From contig CAVUKB010000004.1 in NCBI GenBank assembly GCA_963741955.1, positions 576,001 through 640,000 on the forward strand: DNA of 64,000 nt, read 5' to 3'. The DNA is from an uncultured Acidobacteriota bacterium (GTDB taxonomy: Bacteria; Acidobacteriota; Thermoanaerobaculia; Gp7-AA8). The notes under the pieces are model-generated. The model saw only the letters and a list, made by a program, of their open reading frames with translations, was not told the DNA's origin and ran no database searches. Shown in pieces: positions 1-9,671 of the stretch (position 1 is the stretch's first letter; every line of letters starts with the position of its first letter). Made by a program: the position numbers and the translations under genes.

Positions 1-2
1 TT

Positions 3-851
3 CGATCCGATCGCTTCCGCGATCGTCTCGAACAGGGCACTCTTCTCACTCTCCTCGTACTGCTTCTCGATCAGATCGGGATGTCCGATCGCATTGCAGA
101 ACGCTTCCCAGAAACGGGGCTCGAGCGGCGCGACGGAGAGGTACTTCCCGTCCCGTGTCCGGTACACATTGTAGGCGGGGAGGGCTCCGGTCAGCATGAA
201 GTGCTCGGGACGCTGCTGCGTTCCCCGGTAGAGCGCTTCCGCGGTCGGCATCATTGCCCGGGTCGCATCGGACATCGCCACGTCGAGCACGCGTCCCTTC
301 CCGCTGGTCCTTTTTTCGTACAATGCCGCAACGATGGAGAGAGCGGCATAGAGGGCGCCGGCCATGTCACCGCTCTGGGTCGCCGGGAGGACCGGACGTC
401 CATCGCGGTCCCGCTGGAGATCGAGCAGCCCTGCGAGCGCGACGAAGTTCAGATCGTGACTGCTGCGCGGATTCGCCTGACCGAAACCGCTCACCGAGCA
501 GTACACCAGTCCCGGATTGATCTCCATCAGCGCATTTGCGTCGACCCCGAACTGCTTCATCACTCCGGGACGGTACGATTCGACCACGACGTCGCAGGTC
601 GTGGCCAGCCGTTTGACGAACGCGATCCCCTCTTCGCTCTTCAGGTCGACCACGACGCTCTTCTTGCCGCCATTGATGAGGACGAAGAGAGCGCCGTAGT
701 CGCCGTTGAACGGAGGAAGCCATCGTGTCGGATCGCCGTCCGGCGGTTCGACCTTGATGACCTCGGCCCCGAGGCGCACCAGGAGATCAGTGGCGTACGG
801 CCCGGGAAGGTGTCGCGAAAAATCGAGAACACGGATTCCGGAAAGGGGCAC
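3..851 (-). CDS. CaiB/BaiF (class III) CoA-transferase, truncated at the window edge
   Basis: Not in the ORF track. Manual translation from GTG at 851 gives MPLSGIRVLDFSRHLPGPYATDLLVRLGAEVIKVEPPDGDPTRW, the typical class III CoA-transferase N-terminus. It starts 4 bp after the fadI stop. Confidence 0.88.
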   Translation of the reverse strand, partial: MPLSGIRVLDFSRHLPGPYATDLLVRLGAEVIKVEPPDGDPTRWLPPFNGDYGALFVLINGGKKSVVVDLKSEEGIAFVKRLATTCDVVVESYRPGVMKQFGVDANALMEINPGLVYCSVSGFGQANPRSSHDLNFVALAGLLDLQRDRDGRPVLPATQSGDMAGALYAALSIVAALYEKRTSGKGRVLDVAMSDATRAMMPTAEALYRGTQQRPEHFMLTGALPAYNVYRTRDGKYLSVAPLEPRFWEAFCNAIGHPDLIEKQYEESEKSALFETIAEAIGS

Positions 852-855
852 GCGG

Positions 856-2142
856 CTACTCCCGCTCGATCACGATGGCGCTTCCCTGACCGCCCGCTGC
901 ACAGATCGAGACCAGCCCGTACTGCTTCCCGGTGCGTTGCAGCTCGTTGCAGACGGTCGTCACGATCCTTGCGCCGGTGGCGCCGAACGGATGCCCGAGA
1001 GCGATCGAGCCGCCGGTCGGATTGATCCGCTCGGGATCGAGCTCTCCCACTGCCTCGCTGCGTCCGAGTTTCTCCTCGGCGAACTTCTTCGAGCCGAGCC
1101 ACTGGATGTTCGAAAGAACCTGTGCGGCGAACGCCTCGTGCATCTCGATGACATCCATGTCCGAGAGCTTCAGTCCGGCCCGATCGAGCGCGATGGGAAT
1201 CGCATACGCCGGTCCCTGCAGGAGCTGATCGAAAGGATCGAGTGCGGCGTATCCGTAGCTGCGGATGTATCCGATGGGGTGGAGCCCCAGAGCCTTCGCG
1301 CGATCCTCCGCCATCAGGACCACCGCGGACGCTCCGTCGGTGAGAGGGGAGGAGTTCCCGGCCGTGATCGTCCCGTACTTCTTGTCGAACACGGGACGCA
1401 ATTGAGAGAGCGCCTCGAGGGTGGTGTCGGCCCGGATCAGGTTGTCCTTCTCCACCACGTGGTCGAATTTCGGAGGAACCACGACCGTCATCACTTCGTC
1501 GGCGAACCGTCCTTCCTCGTACGCCTTCGCGGCCCGGTGATGACTCTGGGCGGCGAAACGATCCTGAGCCTCGCGGCTGATGCCGTTCTCCTTCGCCATC
1601 TTCTCCGCGGACTGGCCCATGGTCAGTCCGGTCGTCGATTCGGCGATTGCGGGGACGTCGGGGGTCAGGTCTTTTGGCCGCAGTTTGCTGAAGATCGCGA
1701 GCTTTCCGCCCATGCTCTTCTGCCGGCTCGCGGCGATCAGCATGTCCGAAAACTTCTTCGAGAAGAGGATCGGTACATTGGAGAGGGACTCGGCGCCTCC
1801 GGCCACGACGACGTTCGAGTAGCCGCGGTGGATGCGGTCGGCCGCTGACGTGATTGCCTGGTTCGAGGATGCGCAGGCCATGGTCACCGAGTACGAAGGG
1901 ATGTTCCGGGGAAGCGAAGTCCCGAGGACTACTTCCCGGGCGATGTTTGCGGCCTTCACCGAGGGGATGACCGTACCGTAGACGACCTCGTCCACGTCTT
2001 TCGCTTCGATCGGTGCGCGTTGCAGGAGCTCGGAGACGACGATCTTGCCGAGCTCGAGGGCGTCAACGCTGGTGTAGACGGTTCCTGCTTTCGCAAAAGG
2101 GGTCCGGAGGCCACGGATCACCGCGACTCGCTTGTCTGGCAT
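856..2142 (-). CDS. fadI: Acetyl-CoA C-acyltransferase (3-ketoacyl-CoA thiolase, FadI type)
   Basis: GLRTPFAK N-terminus, nucleophile ACASS, MHEAFAAQ, GGSIALGHPFGATGAR, ICAAGGQG; GAGGTG RBS upstream. Confidence 0.9.
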   Translation of the reverse strand: MPDKRVAVIRGLRTPFAKAGTVYTSVDALELGKIVVSELLQRAPIEAKDVDEVVYGTVIPSVKAANIAREVVLGTSLPRNIPSYSVTMACASSNQAITSAADRIHRGYSNVVVAGGAESLSNVPILFSKKFSDMLIAASRQKSMGGKLAIFSKLRPKDLTPDVPAIAESTTGLTMGQSAEKMAKENGISREAQDRFAAQSHHRAAKAYEEGRFADEVMTVVVPPKFDHVVEKDNLIRADTTLEALSQLRPVFDKKYGTITAGNSSPLTDGASAVVLMAEDRAKALGLHPIGYIRSYGYAALDPFDQLLQGPAYAIPIALDRAGLKLSDMDVIEMHEAFAAQVLSNIQWLGSKKFAEEKLGRSEAVGELDPERINPTGGSIALGHPFGATGARIVTTVCNELQRTGKQYGLVSICAAGGQGSAIVIERE

Positions 2143-2303
2143 GTCTCACCTCGTCATCGGCGGGCATTCGCTGTCCGTCGAGCTGGGCCGAAATCTATCA
2201 CGGTTGCAAGGGGAGGGTCTGTGATCTACGAGCCCGCGCGGCACGACGGCCGAGAGGCCCCCTTCTCTGCACCTCGACGCCCGATGTCGTAAGATGGACC
2301 GCC

Positions 2304-3344
2304 ATGACCTCTCCACTCGAGCGACTGATGAAGCTGCCTCTCGATTCCGGGCCGCTCCTCATCCTCACCCACGACAACCCGGATCCCGATTCCGTCGCCA
2401 GCGCTGCCGCGATGCGCGTGCTGCTCGACCAGGTCCGAGGAGTGAAGGGAGTGGTCGCGTACAGCGGGATCATCGGTCGCGCAGAGAATCGCGCGATGGT
2501 CGATCTGCTGCATCTCCCGATGAAGCACGTCTCCCAGCTCGACCTCGCCTCGTTCGCGCACGTCGCGCTGATCGACGCGCAGCCGCATACCGGCAACAGC
2601 GCGCTCCCGACCGACCGGGTCCCCGACATCGTGATCGATCACCATCCGCTCCGGGAGAACACCCGGCGTTCGCCGTTCTACGACGTTCGCGAGGAGCTCG
2701 GAGCCTCGGCGACGCTGCTGACCGAGTATCTACGGGAAGCAGACGTGTCGGTCTCCCCGAATCTCGCCACCGCTCTCCTCTACGGCATCCGCTCGGAGAC
2801 ACACGACCTCGGGCGTGAAGTCTCGGAGTCGGATCTGTTGGCGTACCAGTTCCTCTTTCCCATCGCGGATCCGGGAAAGCTCGCGACCATCGCACGCCCG
2901 ACCCTCTCCCGCCGTTACTATCGGGAGCTGGTGGTCGCGCTCGCATCACTCCAGATCAGCGAACATGCCGCGATCTGCTCGCTCGGCGAGGTGATCAATC
3001 CCGACTTCGTCCCGGAGATCGCCGACCTGGCGGTCCGGATGGAAGGGATCGTCTGGAGTCTGGTTCACGGTTCGTTCGATGAGAATCTCTACGTGTCGAT
3101 CCGGACCAACGACACCGAAGCGAGCGCGGGCGACGTGATGCAGTCGATCCTTCGAGAACTCGGTCGCGGTGGAGGTCACGGAATGCGCGCGGGAGGGAAA
3201 GTGAACCTCGGCGGCGTCGATCTCGAGCGAGACGAGCTCGAGCGCTTGCTCAAGGAGCGGTTTCTCGACGAGACCGGCTACGCCGAGGAGCCGATGCACT
3301 ATCTCGCGTCCGAGCCGATCGGTCACAATGGTACCGAGCCGTAG
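2304..3344 (+). CDS. DHH/DHHA1 family phosphoesterase
   Basis: HDNPDPDS, IDAQ, IDHHP motifs and C-terminal GGGHGMRAGG; start placed at ATG 2304. Confidence 0.85.
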   Translation: MTSPLERLMKLPLDSGPLLILTHDNPDPDSVASAAAMRVLLDQVRGVKGVVAYSGIIGRAENRAMVDLLHLPMKHVSQLDLASFAHVALIDAQPHTGNSALPTDRVPDIVIDHHPLRENTRRSPFYDVREELGASATLLTEYLREADVSVSPNLATALLYGIRSETHDLGREVSESDLLAYQFLFPIADPGKLATIARPTLSRRYYRELVVALASLQISEHAAICSLGEVINPDFVPEIADLAVRMEGIVWSLVHGSFDENLYVSIRTNDTEASAGDVMQSILRELGRGGGHGMRAGGKVNLGGVDLERDELERLLKERFLDETGYAEEPMHYLASEPIGHNGTEP

Positions 3345-3416
3345 GTTGTCCCTCATCGGGGGGTGACAGGACCCCCTGCTCCGATGGCGCCCGGCTCGTG
3401 AGGAGGCAATCACGCG

Positions 3417-4970
3417 ATGAGTGTCCCGGTAGTCGAAGTCGATTCGAATCCGCTTCGCGAAGGACTGCAGGAGGAGAAAGCGCCTGAGCCTTCCGTTCTC
3501 GTCATCTTCGGTGCTTCTGGAGACCTGACCCATCGGAAGCTCATTCCGGCACTCTACTCGCTGGCCCATGACGGCCTTCTCTCCCCGGGGCAGACCATCA
3601 TCGGATTCGCGCGGGCGGAGATGACCGACGAGGAGTTCCGGGCCGAGATGCGGAAGGCGTGCGACGAACACGCTCGCCGGCGGCCGGTCGACGAAACGAT
3701 CTGGGCGAATTTCGAGCAGCGACTTCATTACGTCTCCGGCGAATTCCAGGACCACGACGCATACCAGAGACTTCAGTCCCGGCTGAAGGAGATCGATGAG
3801 GAACGGGGCACGGGAGGACGGCGTATCTACTATCTGGCCGTCCCGCCGAGATTCTTCTCGGTCATCTCCGCGGAGCTCGGCGCCGCGGGAATGGTGACTG
3901 ACCCGGAGAGCGGCGGTCCTTTCACCCGCGCGATCATCGAGAAGCCTTTCGGACACGACCTCGCCAGCGCTCGCGAGCTCAATCGCGTCGCCGTGTCGAC
4001 CTTCCGCGAGAAACAGCTCTTCCGCATCGACCATTACCTCGGGAAAGAGACCGTCCAGAACATTCTGGTGCTGCGCTTCGCGAACGCGATCTTCGAGCCG
4101 TTCTGGAATCGCAACTACATCGACCACGTGCAGCTCACCGTCGCTGAGTCGATCGGAGTGGAGGGACGTGGCGGCTACTTCGAATCCTCAGGGATCGTCC
4201 GGGACATCGTGCAGAACCACATGCTGCAACTCGTCTCACTCGTGGCGATGGAACCGCCCGTCGCGTTCGAGGCCGGTAGCGTTCATGACGAGAAGGTGAA
4301 GATCCTCCGAGCACTCCGCCCTTTTCCGTCGGGCAAGTCCGACGATTACGCAGTACGGGGACAGTACACGCATGGATCGGTTCTCGGCGAAGCCGTTCCC
4401 GGTTACCGTGAAGAGCCGAACGTCAGTCCGGAGTCGAATGTCGAGACGTTCGCCGCGATGAAAGTCTTCGTCGACAACTGGAGGTGGGCCGGCGTGCCGT
4501 TCTATCTCCGGGCCGGGAAGCGTCTGCCGAAGCGCTCCACCTACATCGGCATCGTCTTCCGTCGCGCTCCGCATCTGCTGTTCAAGGGGCATCTCGACGT
4601 TGCGGATGACGCGAACGTTCTCGGAATCCGTATTCAGCCCGATGAAGGGATCTCGCTCCGCTTTTTTTCGAAAGTGCCCGGGCCGAAAGTCCGGATCCAC
4701 CCGGTGACGATGGAGTTCCGCTATGCCACCGCGTTCGGAGGCGAGCCCCCGGAGGCATACGAGCGGCTTCTTCTCGACACCATGCTCGGCGACACGACGT
4801 TGTTTGCGCGCCGGGACGAGGTCGAGACGGCCTGGGAATGGCTCGATCCGCTTCTCGACGACTGGAACCGAAGTGGCAGCGGACCGGCGTCGTACGGCGC
4901 CGGAACCTGGGGGCCGAAAGCCGCGGACGATCTGATTGCGCAGGATGGGCACCGCTGGCTCCGCCCGTAG
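3417..4970 (+). CDS. zwf: Glucose-6-phosphate 1-dehydrogenase
   Basis: IFGASGDL, EKPFG, RIDHYLGKE, RWAGVPFYLRAGKRL; GAGGAGG RBS. Confidence 0.97.
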   Translation: MSVPVVEVDSNPLREGLQEEKAPEPSVLVIFGASGDLTHRKLIPALYSLAHDGLLSPGQTIIGFARAEMTDEEFRAEMRKACDEHARRRPVDETIWANFEQRLHYVSGEFQDHDAYQRLQSRLKEIDEERGTGGRRIYYLAVPPRFFSVISAELGAAGMVTDPESGGPFTRAIIEKPFGHDLASARELNRVAVSTFREKQLFRIDHYLGKETVQNILVLRFANAIFEPFWNRNYIDHVQLTVAESIGVEGRGGYFESSGIVRDIVQNHMLQLVSLVAMEPPVAFEAGSVHDEKVKILRALRPFPSGKSDDYAVRGQYTHGSVLGEAVPGYREEPNVSPESNVETFAAMKVFVDNWRWAGVPFYLRAGKRLPKRSTYIGIVFRRAPHLLFKGHLDVADDANVLGIRIQPDEGISLRFFSKVPGPKVRIHPVTMEFRYATAFGGEPPEAYERLLLDTMLGDTTLFARRDEVETAWEWLDPLLDDWNRSGSGPASYGAGTWGPKAADDLIAQDGHRWLRP

Positions 4971-5091
4971 CGGGCTGGAGTCACCCCGGCGCCGGTGATC
5001 CGGGGCATTTCGACGGCTTCGAGCTCGCGGTCGCGCGGAAGCGAACGGACCCGAGGCAGATTCGGGCACGGCTCGAGAATTGGAGACGGGA

Positions 5092-6183
5092 ATGAACGCA
5101 GAGGATCTGAATCGGGCACTCTCCGGCGAGGATCTCCGGGTCGACGTCTCGGCGATCGAGAAGAATCTCTCCGCTCTCTGGCGGGAGGAGTGGGAAGACG
5201 ACGCCGCCGCGATGCGTGCGGCGCTCTGGAACGTGGTGGCGCACACCAGCGACGATTCCGCGAGGGGAACCGCGAGCGAGACGCTCTCCAGCGCGAGCGT
5301 GCGCGTTCCGCAGCGATCCATCGTCGTCTGCGCCACTCCTCACTCCGATCCGATGATGGACGCGTGGATCACCGCAAACTGTCACCTCGTGCGCGACGGG
5401 GGCCGGGTCTGCTCGGAGGAGATCTCCATCCGCGCGGGAGGATCGCGCGTGCGGCACGTGCCGCCATTGGTCAACGCACTCCTCGTCCCGGAGATGCCGG
5501 TCGCGACGTGGTGGCTCGGAGACCTCCCGAGCGAGAATGAATCGTATCTGAAGGCACTGTTCGAACCGGTGGACAGGCTCATCGTCGACAGTGCCGATTT
5601 CGACGACATCTCCGACATCCGCTTCGTCGGCCGGATGGGAATCGAGTCGAATACGTCGCTCGCCGACCTCAACTGGGCCCGTCTCGACGAATGGCGTGAG
5701 GCGACCGCCTCGATCTTCGACCCTCCCCACATGCGGCAGCGGCTACGGATGGTCCGCCGAATCCGGGTTGTGACCGGCGTCTCCGGTCGGGACTACTTCG
5801 GAGAAGACGTCGCCGCACTCCTCTATCTCGCCTGGCTCATCGCACAGACCGGAATGAGGGTCGAGACCGACGGCACCGCGCACGGCGCTTCGGGAGCGGT
5901 CAGGCTCGAGCTCGAACGGCAGAGAAGCGGGCAGAGAGGCATTCTCTTCGTCGAGATCCGTTTCGACGATGAGTCGTCCGTCACGGTGGAGCGACACGAA
6001 GAGAGCGGACGGCTGGTGACTCACGTCGCCGGCATCGCCCAATGCATCGGATCGGTCACGCCCTCGCAGCCGGTCCGGCTCGAAGACCTGGTGGTGCGCG
6101 AGCTGGCGAGATCCGCGGGCGATGAAGTGTTCCACCGGGCGTTGCCGGTCGCGGTCGAGATTGCGAGGCCGTTCCTCCGATGA
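5092..6183 (+). CDS. opcA: G6PDH assembly protein OpcA
   Basis: Lies between zwf and pgl; CSEEI, LLVPEMPVATWW, DRLIVDS, DLNWARL motifs. Confidence 0.9.
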   Translation: MNAEDLNRALSGEDLRVDVSAIEKNLSALWREEWEDDAAAMRAALWNVVAHTSDDSARGTASETLSSASVRVPQRSIVVCATPHSDPMMDAWITANCHLVRDGGRVCSEEISIRAGGSRVRHVPPLVNALLVPEMPVATWWLGDLPSENESYLKALFEPVDRLIVDSADFDDISDIRFVGRMGIESNTSLADLNWARLDEWREATASIFDPPHMRQRLRMVRRIRVVTGVSGRDYFGEDVAALLYLAWLIAQTGMRVETDGTAHGASGAVRLELERQRSGQRGILFVEIRFDDESSVTVERHEESGRLVTHVAGIAQCIGSVTPSQPVRLEDLVVRELARSAGDEVFHRALPVAVEIARPFLR

Positions 6184-6866
6184 ATTTTCGCGTTTTCGAC
6201 GACCGCGACGCGCTGGTCCGCGGAACCGCGGATGCGATCCTCGATACGATCGAGAGCGAGCAGGCACGCGTCATCGCCCTCTCCGGCGGCTCTACGCCAC
6301 GGCCGGTGTACGAGATGCTCGGCTCGGAGCCGTTGCGGCGAAGACTCGCGGCCGTTCCTCTGATCTGGGTGACGGGGGACGAAAGGGACGTTCCGCCGGA
6401 CCACCCCGAGTCGAATGCCGGGATGATCCGGAGCACCCTCTTCCGGCACGGCATTCCGGAGGGTCAGGTCTTCCTCACCTTCGACACCCGCCGCGATGGG
6501 AGAGATTCGGTCGTGGAGGAATTCGAGGCGGAGTGGCGGAAGCTCGGGATCGAGGGGCTCGATCTCGCGATCCAGGGAATCGGAGAGGACGGTCATACCG
6601 CCTCGCTTTTTCCGGGGACGACGATCCTCGAAGCGATCGATCGCATCGCGGCCTCCGTCTGGGTCCCGAAGGTCTCGATGTGGCGTTTCAGCCTCACCGC
6701 CCCGGTGATCGGCTCGGCGAAGAAGAAGCTCTTTCTCGCGGCTGGTAAGGGGAAGCGCGAGATCCTCACCAGGATCCGCGCGGGGGAGGAGTTTCCCTCC
6801 ACCGTCGTCACGCGCTTCGGCGGACCGGCCTGGTGGCTGGTCGATCGTGACGCCTATCCCGAGTGA
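6180..6866 (+). CDS. pgl: 6-phosphogluconolactonase
   Basis: ALSGGSTP, GDERDVPPDHPESN, GIGEDGHTASLFPG; ATGA overlap with opcA. Confidence 0.93.
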   Translation: MNFRVFDDRDALVRGTADAILDTIESEQARVIALSGGSTPRPVYEMLGSEPLRRRLAAVPLIWVTGDERDVPPDHPESNAGMIRSTLFRHGIPEGQVFLTFDTRRDGRDSVVEEFEAEWRKLGIEGLDLAIQGIGEDGHTASLFPGTTILEAIDRIAASVWVPKVSMWRFSLTAPVIGSAKKKLFLAAGKGKREILTRIRAGEEFPSTVVTRFGGPAWWLVDRDAYPE

Positions 6867-6907
6867 GCTCCTCCGCTCTCGTGAGGTCGGCTCGGTGCGG
6901 GACGTGG

Positions 6908-8260
6908 AAACGAGGGTGCGGCAAGCGCCGCAGGACGGACTCGTGGCACGCATCGCTCGCGGCGGGACGCCGCTCGCCATCGCGCGGGGACGCGCGACCC
7001 ACAGACGCGCGACCCACTTTGTGGGTTGGACGTCTCGTCCGATGCAGGGCGGCGTCCCGCGCCGGCCTGCCCGGTGCGAGGAGTGTTCTGTTGGATGGTC
7101 TCCGCGAGCTCCTGGGGCTCGTCGTGGTGTCGGAATGACGCTCGGGAGAACGACGGTTTCGGGAGATGCGCGAGTGGGGCTGATTTTCGAATTGAGCACG
7201 GGCGGTGCGAACGGGATCGTCCCCAGTGCCGCCATCAGCGCTCGTGGCACGCATCGCTCGCGGCGGGCCGCCGCTCGCCATCGCGCGGGGACGCGCGACC
7301 CACAGACGCGCGACCCACTTTGTGGGTTGGACGTCTCGTCCGATGCAGGGCGGCGTCCCGCGCCGGCCTGCCCGATGCGAGGAGTGTTCTGTGGAATGGT
7401 CTCCGCGAGCTCCTTGGGCTCGTCGTGGTGTCGGAATGACGCTCGGGAGAGTCGTGCCGGCCCGGGAGGTGAGAACGAGGGTGCGGCAAGTGCCGCATGA
7501 CGGGTTCATGGCACGCATCGCTCGCGGCGGGACGCCGCTCGCCATCGCGCGGGGACGCGCGACCCACGGACGCGCGGCCCACTTTGTGGGTTGGACGTCT
7601 CGTCCGATGCAGGGCGGCGTCCCGCGCCGGCCTGCCCGGTGCGAGGAGTGTTCTGTTGGATGGTCTCCGCGAGCTCCTTGGGCTCGTCGTGGTGTCGGAA
7701 TGACGCTCGGGAGAGTCGTGTCGGCACGGGAGGTGCGAACGGGATCGTCCCCAGTGCCGCCATCAGCGCTCGTGGCACGCATCGCTCGCGGCGGGACGCC
7801 GCTCGCCATCGCGCGGGGACGCGCGACCCACGGACGCGCGACCCACAGACGCGCGACCCACAGACGCGCGGCCCACTTTGTGGGTTGGACGTCTCGTCCG
7901 ATGCAGGGCGGCGTCCCGCGCCGGCCTGCCCGGTGCGAGGAGTGTTCTGTTGGATGGTCTCCGCGAGCTCCTGGGGCTCGTCGTGGTGTCGGAATGACGC
8001 TCGGGAGAGTCGTGCCGGCGCGGGAGGTGAGAACGGGATCGTCCCCAGTGCCGCCATCAGCGCTCGTGGCACGCATCGCTCGCGGCGGGACGCCGCTCGC
8101 CATCGCGCGGGGACGCGCGACCCACAGACGCGCGACCCACAGACGCGCGACCCACAGACGCGCGACCCACAGACGCGCGACCCACAGACGCGCGACCCAC
8201 AGACGCGCGACCCACAGACGCGCGACCCACAGACGCGCGACCCACAGACGCGCGACCCAC
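6908..8260. repeat. Tandem array of ~264-301 bp mosaic units with inverted REP-like hairpins (BIME/REPIN-like)
   Basis: Core TGGCACGCATCGCTCGCGGCGGG... starts at 6944, 7245, 7509, 7773 and 8067 (last one truncated). The array lies between the convergent pgl and lyase genes. Confidence 0.92.
8112..8260. repeat. 15-bp tandem repeat (GACGCGCGACCCACA) x10
   Basis: Directly visible; the same 15-mer occurs 2, 2, 2 and 4 times in the earlier array units. Confidence 0.97.
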
Positions 8261-8272
8261 TGAACCCCGCCG

Positions 8273-9478
8273 TCACACCAGGACGTCGCCGGTGACCGCC
8301 GCGAGAGCCTCCTCGAGGTCGAGCCGGATGTCCTCGACGTCTTCACAGCCGACTGCGAGCCGGACCAGTCCGGGAGTGATTCCCTGGTGGAGCTGCTCTT
8401 CGGGCGCGACTCCCTTGTGCGTCATCGAAGCGGGGTGCTCGATCAGTGACTCGACGCCGCCGAGCGATACGGCGAGGGTGATCAGTTTGACGCTGTTCAT
8501 CAGCCGCTGACCTGCTTCGACTCCGCCGCGGAGCTCGAACGCGAGCACCGAGCCGGGTCCGTCCATCTGCCGGCGGGCGATGGCGTACTGCGGGTGAGAC
8601 TGGAGTCCGGGATAGCGCACCCACGCCACTTCTTCGTGCTGCTCGAGCCAGCGTGCGATCTTCATCGCATTCGCCTGCGCGCGCTCGACCCGCATGCCGA
8701 GTGTACGGATACCCCGGAGGACGAGCCAGGCCTGGTGCGGGTCGATGGTGAAGCCGAAATTCCGCGCGGAGTCCCTGCAGGTGGCGAGCATGGTCTCCTC
8801 GCGTGCGACCACGATTCCCGCCACCACGTCGCTGTGGCCGTTGAGGGACTTGGTCATGGAGTGGATCACCACGTCCGCGCCGCGCTCCAGAGGCCGCTGC
8901 AGATGTGGCCCCGCGAATGTATTGTCGACCACCAGAGGGATACCGGCCGAGCGTGCGAGCGCTACCGCAGCATCGAGGTCGACCAGATCGAGAGTCGGAT
9001 TCGCCGGCGTCTCGCAGAGGATCAGGCGCGTCTCGGGGCGGATCGCCGCTTCCAGCGCGGCAATGTCGGCGGCGTCGACGAAGGTCGACGTGATGCCGAG
9101 GCGCGAGAAGTACTTGTCGAAGAGGAGTCTCGAAGGACCGTAGAGGGGATGGGTCCCCACCACGTGGTCGCCCTGACGGAGGAGGGCGAGGAGGACGGTG
9201 CTCACGGCGGCCATGCCCGTCGCGGTCGCGATCGCACCACAGCCGCGCTCGAGCTCCGCCACGCACTCCTCGAGGGCCTGGACGGTCGGATTTCCGAGCC
9301 GCGTGTAGATCGGTCCCGAGGAGCGTCCCGCGAAGCGCTCTGCACCTTCTTCGGCGGACGGAAAGGCGAACGTGGAGGTCTGATAGATCGGGACGGAAAC
9401 GGCGCCGCGGTGGTCGGCCGGGTTGAATCCGGCGTGAATGGCTTTGGTGTGAAGGCGCTGCTTTTCGTTCCCGGACAT
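8273..9478 (-). CDS. PLP-dependent Cys/Met metabolism enzyme, methionine gamma-lyase-like
   Basis: PIYQTSTF, YTRLGNPT, DNTF, HSMTKSLNGH (PLP lysine), AVSLGGVESLIEHPASMTH; start ATG 9478. Confidence 0.88.
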   Translation of the reverse strand: MSGNEKQRLHTKAIHAGFNPADHRGAVSVPIYQTSTFAFPSAEEGAERFAGRSSGPIYTRLGNPTVQALEECVAELERGCGAIATATGMAAVSTVLLALLRQGDHVVGTHPLYGPSRLLFDKYFSRLGITSTFVDAADIAALEAAIRPETRLILCETPANPTLDLVDLDAAVALARSAGIPLVVDNTFAGPHLQRPLERGADVVIHSMTKSLNGHSDVVAGIVVAREETMLATCRDSARNFGFTIDPHQAWLVLRGIRTLGMRVERAQANAMKIARWLEQHEEVAWVRYPGLQSHPQYAIARRQMDGPGSVLAFELRGGVEAGQRLMNSVKLITLAVSLGGVESLIEHPASMTHKGVAPEEQLHQGITPGLVRLAVGCEDVEDIRLDLEEALAAVTGDVLV

Positions 9479-9671
9479 CTTTCTTCTCTCCGTCTGCTGG
9501 TCTTGACCTGGATTTCTCACACCGCGACGGGCCGCTGCGCGGAATCCGGGGCAGTCGATGACCATGCGGTTATATCGGATCGGACGCGGGAAATCCACGC
9601 CTCGCGTGCGCGACGGAAGTGACGGGGATCACGCGCAGGAAGAAGATTCGAGGACCGACGAGACTTCCGGC

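Noticed and set aside
6908-8260. CRISPR array
   Set aside because: Units are ~200 bp of conserved sequence with reused linkers rather than unique spacers, and there are no cas genes in the window.
6808-8346. Long ORFs with WVARL/RRATH/DPQTR repeats
   Set aside because: They are translations of the DNA repeat, open in several frames on both strands, with no RBS or recognisable domain.
9479-9660. SAM riboswitch upstream of the Met/Cys lyase genes (also checked 61840-62119)
   Set aside because: No SAM-I core (ATC.AGAG...GCAACC...GTGC) was recognisable in either leader.
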